Source of the DNA: Octopus vulgaris
Taxonomy: Eukaryota
Length of the DNA stretch: 64,000 nt
Assembly (NCBI GenBank): GCA_951406725.2
Contig: OX597816.1
Coordinates: 46,872,001 to 46,936,000 of the forward strand
Direction: 5' to 3'
Below the pieces are notes generated by a model, which was not told the origin of the DNA, did no database searches, and saw only the letters and a list, made by a program, of their open reading frames with translations. Shown here one piece after another: positions 61,729 through 64,000 of the stretch. Within the stretch, counting starts at the first letter, position 1. Each line of letters starts with the position of its first letter. Made by a program: the position numbers and the translations under genes.

Positions 61729-63730
61729 AGAGCAACAACATAAACTTCACCACCACTGCCACCACTACCACCGTCTCTCCATCTTTTGTTGTTGGTTAAT
61801 TTAACTTTTCCAAATTCCAGAAAATTTTAAATTAAAAAAAAAAGGACTACTAATTAAAAGAAACTCAATTCATCTGCAACTACTACTACTACTACTATTA
61901 TTAATAATACTCTTACTTCTACTACTTCTACAGCAAATACAAAGAAGGGCTGTTACTATTACAGCAGCTCTACTTTCCACAACTGGTGGTGAAAAAAAAA
62001 AAGGGTTCTTGTTGCTCTGGCTTGATCTTATAAACAATGATTTTGACATCTGTTACCAAGGTTACCTGTGTTATAAAAGAATGCATTTTGTTCTCTGCTC
62101 ACGCACACACGAACACACACATACACACACGCACACATAGGCATCTATATTTAACAATTACTTTCGGCTGTTATTATTATTAGTTTGATCCCCTCCAAGA
62201 TAAGTCCCATTCCCTTTTTCAGTTTGTTGCCAATCTGAGGACACCTGCACGAAAAGACAACTCAGTTTTCTTAACTTCCTTCCAAGTCTCTTCACAATTT
62301 TTCTTACTTCCCTTTATCTATAATTTTTACTCTCTCTCTCTCTCTCTCTCTTCCTTTCTCTCTTCTCCCTTAAATTCTAACAAATCTCTTATTTTAGTTG
62401 TCTGTCCTTTTATGAACAGGCTAATGACAAAAAAAAAAAAGATCAGTTTGTTCTCTCCCCCTCCCCCAATATATTGATGCAACCTCTAATTCAGTGGTTT
62501 ATCATTGGTCTGCTAGCTTGACAGATAATTAGTTGCTTCTGCTTTACTTTATTTCCTCTTACACTAATAGTGTGTGACTCCCCCGAAATAATTTTATAGC
62601 CAGCTCTTTTTGAGAGACATCGACAGGTGGTTATCTTGAAGACTGCTTTTTTTTTTTTAACCCCCTCCTCCAACACCTAAATCAATGAAATCTGTCCGCT
62701 ATTTCTTAGAAAACAAATATTTAATAATTAGATCTGAAGGAAGTTTAAGTGTCATAGCAGATTCTTATCCAAATCTGCATAGTCCTTGGGTATTTCCCTG
62801 TGATATATATATACTATACTGCAAATATGAACATTTACATCATATTTTTAAATACACACATGCAAGCATACATTCACACAGATGGACATGGACATGAACT
62901 CTTATTATTGAATCATATTCTTTTATATTACAGGAATACTTTCTTTAAGATCGGTCTTATTAAAAAAAAAAAAATTTAATGGAGTAAAGAAAAACGGGAT
63001 AAAATGACAGCTGATTTTATAAAAGAAGAAAAATTTCAAAAATAAAGCTATGGGACTCCTGCCTTGGACAAGTTTCTACTCCTCCTTTTTAATTTGCAGA
63101 AAATTGCATTAGCTTTGAACTGGAGCAATAAAATATATTAAATCTTATAAAAATTTAGAAGATTAGTTGAAAACATATTTATGCAATCAAACATCATTAG
63201 CAGAAGAATACACAGTATTAAAATAAAAGAAACCCAGATAAATAATTGCCATCATAACCATTTGGGTCAAGAAACTAGAAATATTCCTTTGGTAATATTT
63301 TTTTTTTGTAATTTGTTTTATTTGTATTTTTCCATTTTTCTTTGAACTGATGAAGGAAAAGAACTTTGATGGTGGCAGTGATGGATTGGGTGAGGTTTGA
63401 ATATGTTAGGTTTTGTTGACCAAACCATTGACTTTTTGAGTACTGTAAATTGAGAACATCATAGATCCAGTATTCAAAAGGTTAAAACGAGAAAGATGAA
63501 GATGAAAAAAAAAAATAAAAAACAAAGGTATGTGCAAGGGTCTCAGGTTTTGTGTGTAATCAATGTATAAACACCATTACTGTTTACCTGAAACATTGCT
63601 CTTTTCCCTGTTCCATATTTTCCCAACCAGATTGGAGAAAAAAAATCCCAATGAAAGGAGATTAAAAGAAAGACTGCTCTGAGGCATCTTTCCTGTACAC
63701 TGATTTTTTTTTTTTTTAAGAAAGAATAAA
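61729..63730 (+). other. Probable ubiquilin 3' UTR (end uncertain)
   Basis: AU-rich sequence after the stop with no obvious interspersed repeats; several AATAAA candidates (about 63041, 63127, 63223, 63513, 63725). Confidence 0.5.
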
Positions 63731-64000
63731 AAAAAAAAATTAGGAAGCTAAATTAAGATTTTAGAATTTTAGTTCAAAGACAAGAGTAAGCTTTTGAAAG
63801 TAAACACAAAAACACAGTATTACTTTCTTCTAAAGAAAAAAGTAAAATAGAAACAATATTGACAATTGTTAAGAATTGAAGAGAGATAAATTAAAGAAAA
63901 GACTTCACATTGAAAAATTCTTTTTTTTTTTTTCTTTTTTTTTTTTGTGGGGGTTAATCAGGATTGTTTTGGAAATTGCTTTTTGTGTTAAGTACAAAGT

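Overview
AT-rich eukaryotic genomic DNA. The SINE families, (TA)n/(CA)n/(GAT)n microsatellites and RTE elements suggest a coleoid cephalopod such as Octopus; this is inferred from repeat content, not proven. The window holds one complete 14-exon + strand ubiquilin gene (ATG 14393, TGA 61726-61728; 1932-nt CDS, 643 aa; UBL, STI1 repeats, Thr/Ser-rich linker, UBA). I assembled it by hand, and all GT-AG junctions and phases close. The rest is repeat-rich: three SINE-like families, RTE, CR1, R4-like, HERO-like and Penelope-like fragments, mariner and Tigger remnants, and hAT, pogo and TTAA-type MITEs. The most unusual object lies in intron 12 on the - strand. An essentially intact tRNA-Leu(TAG) gene is fused head-to-tail to a SINE that has lost its own A box, and the whole unit sits inside one 13-bp direct repeat, making it a candidate tRNA-driven chimeric retroposon. 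Other items worth checking are hammerhead-like motifs, long foldbacks and inverted SINE pairs in the ubiquilin pre-mRNA, and an unexplained frame with two UGA codons just upstream of the promoter. Repeat boundaries without a stated TSD or TIR are approximate. No database searches were run.
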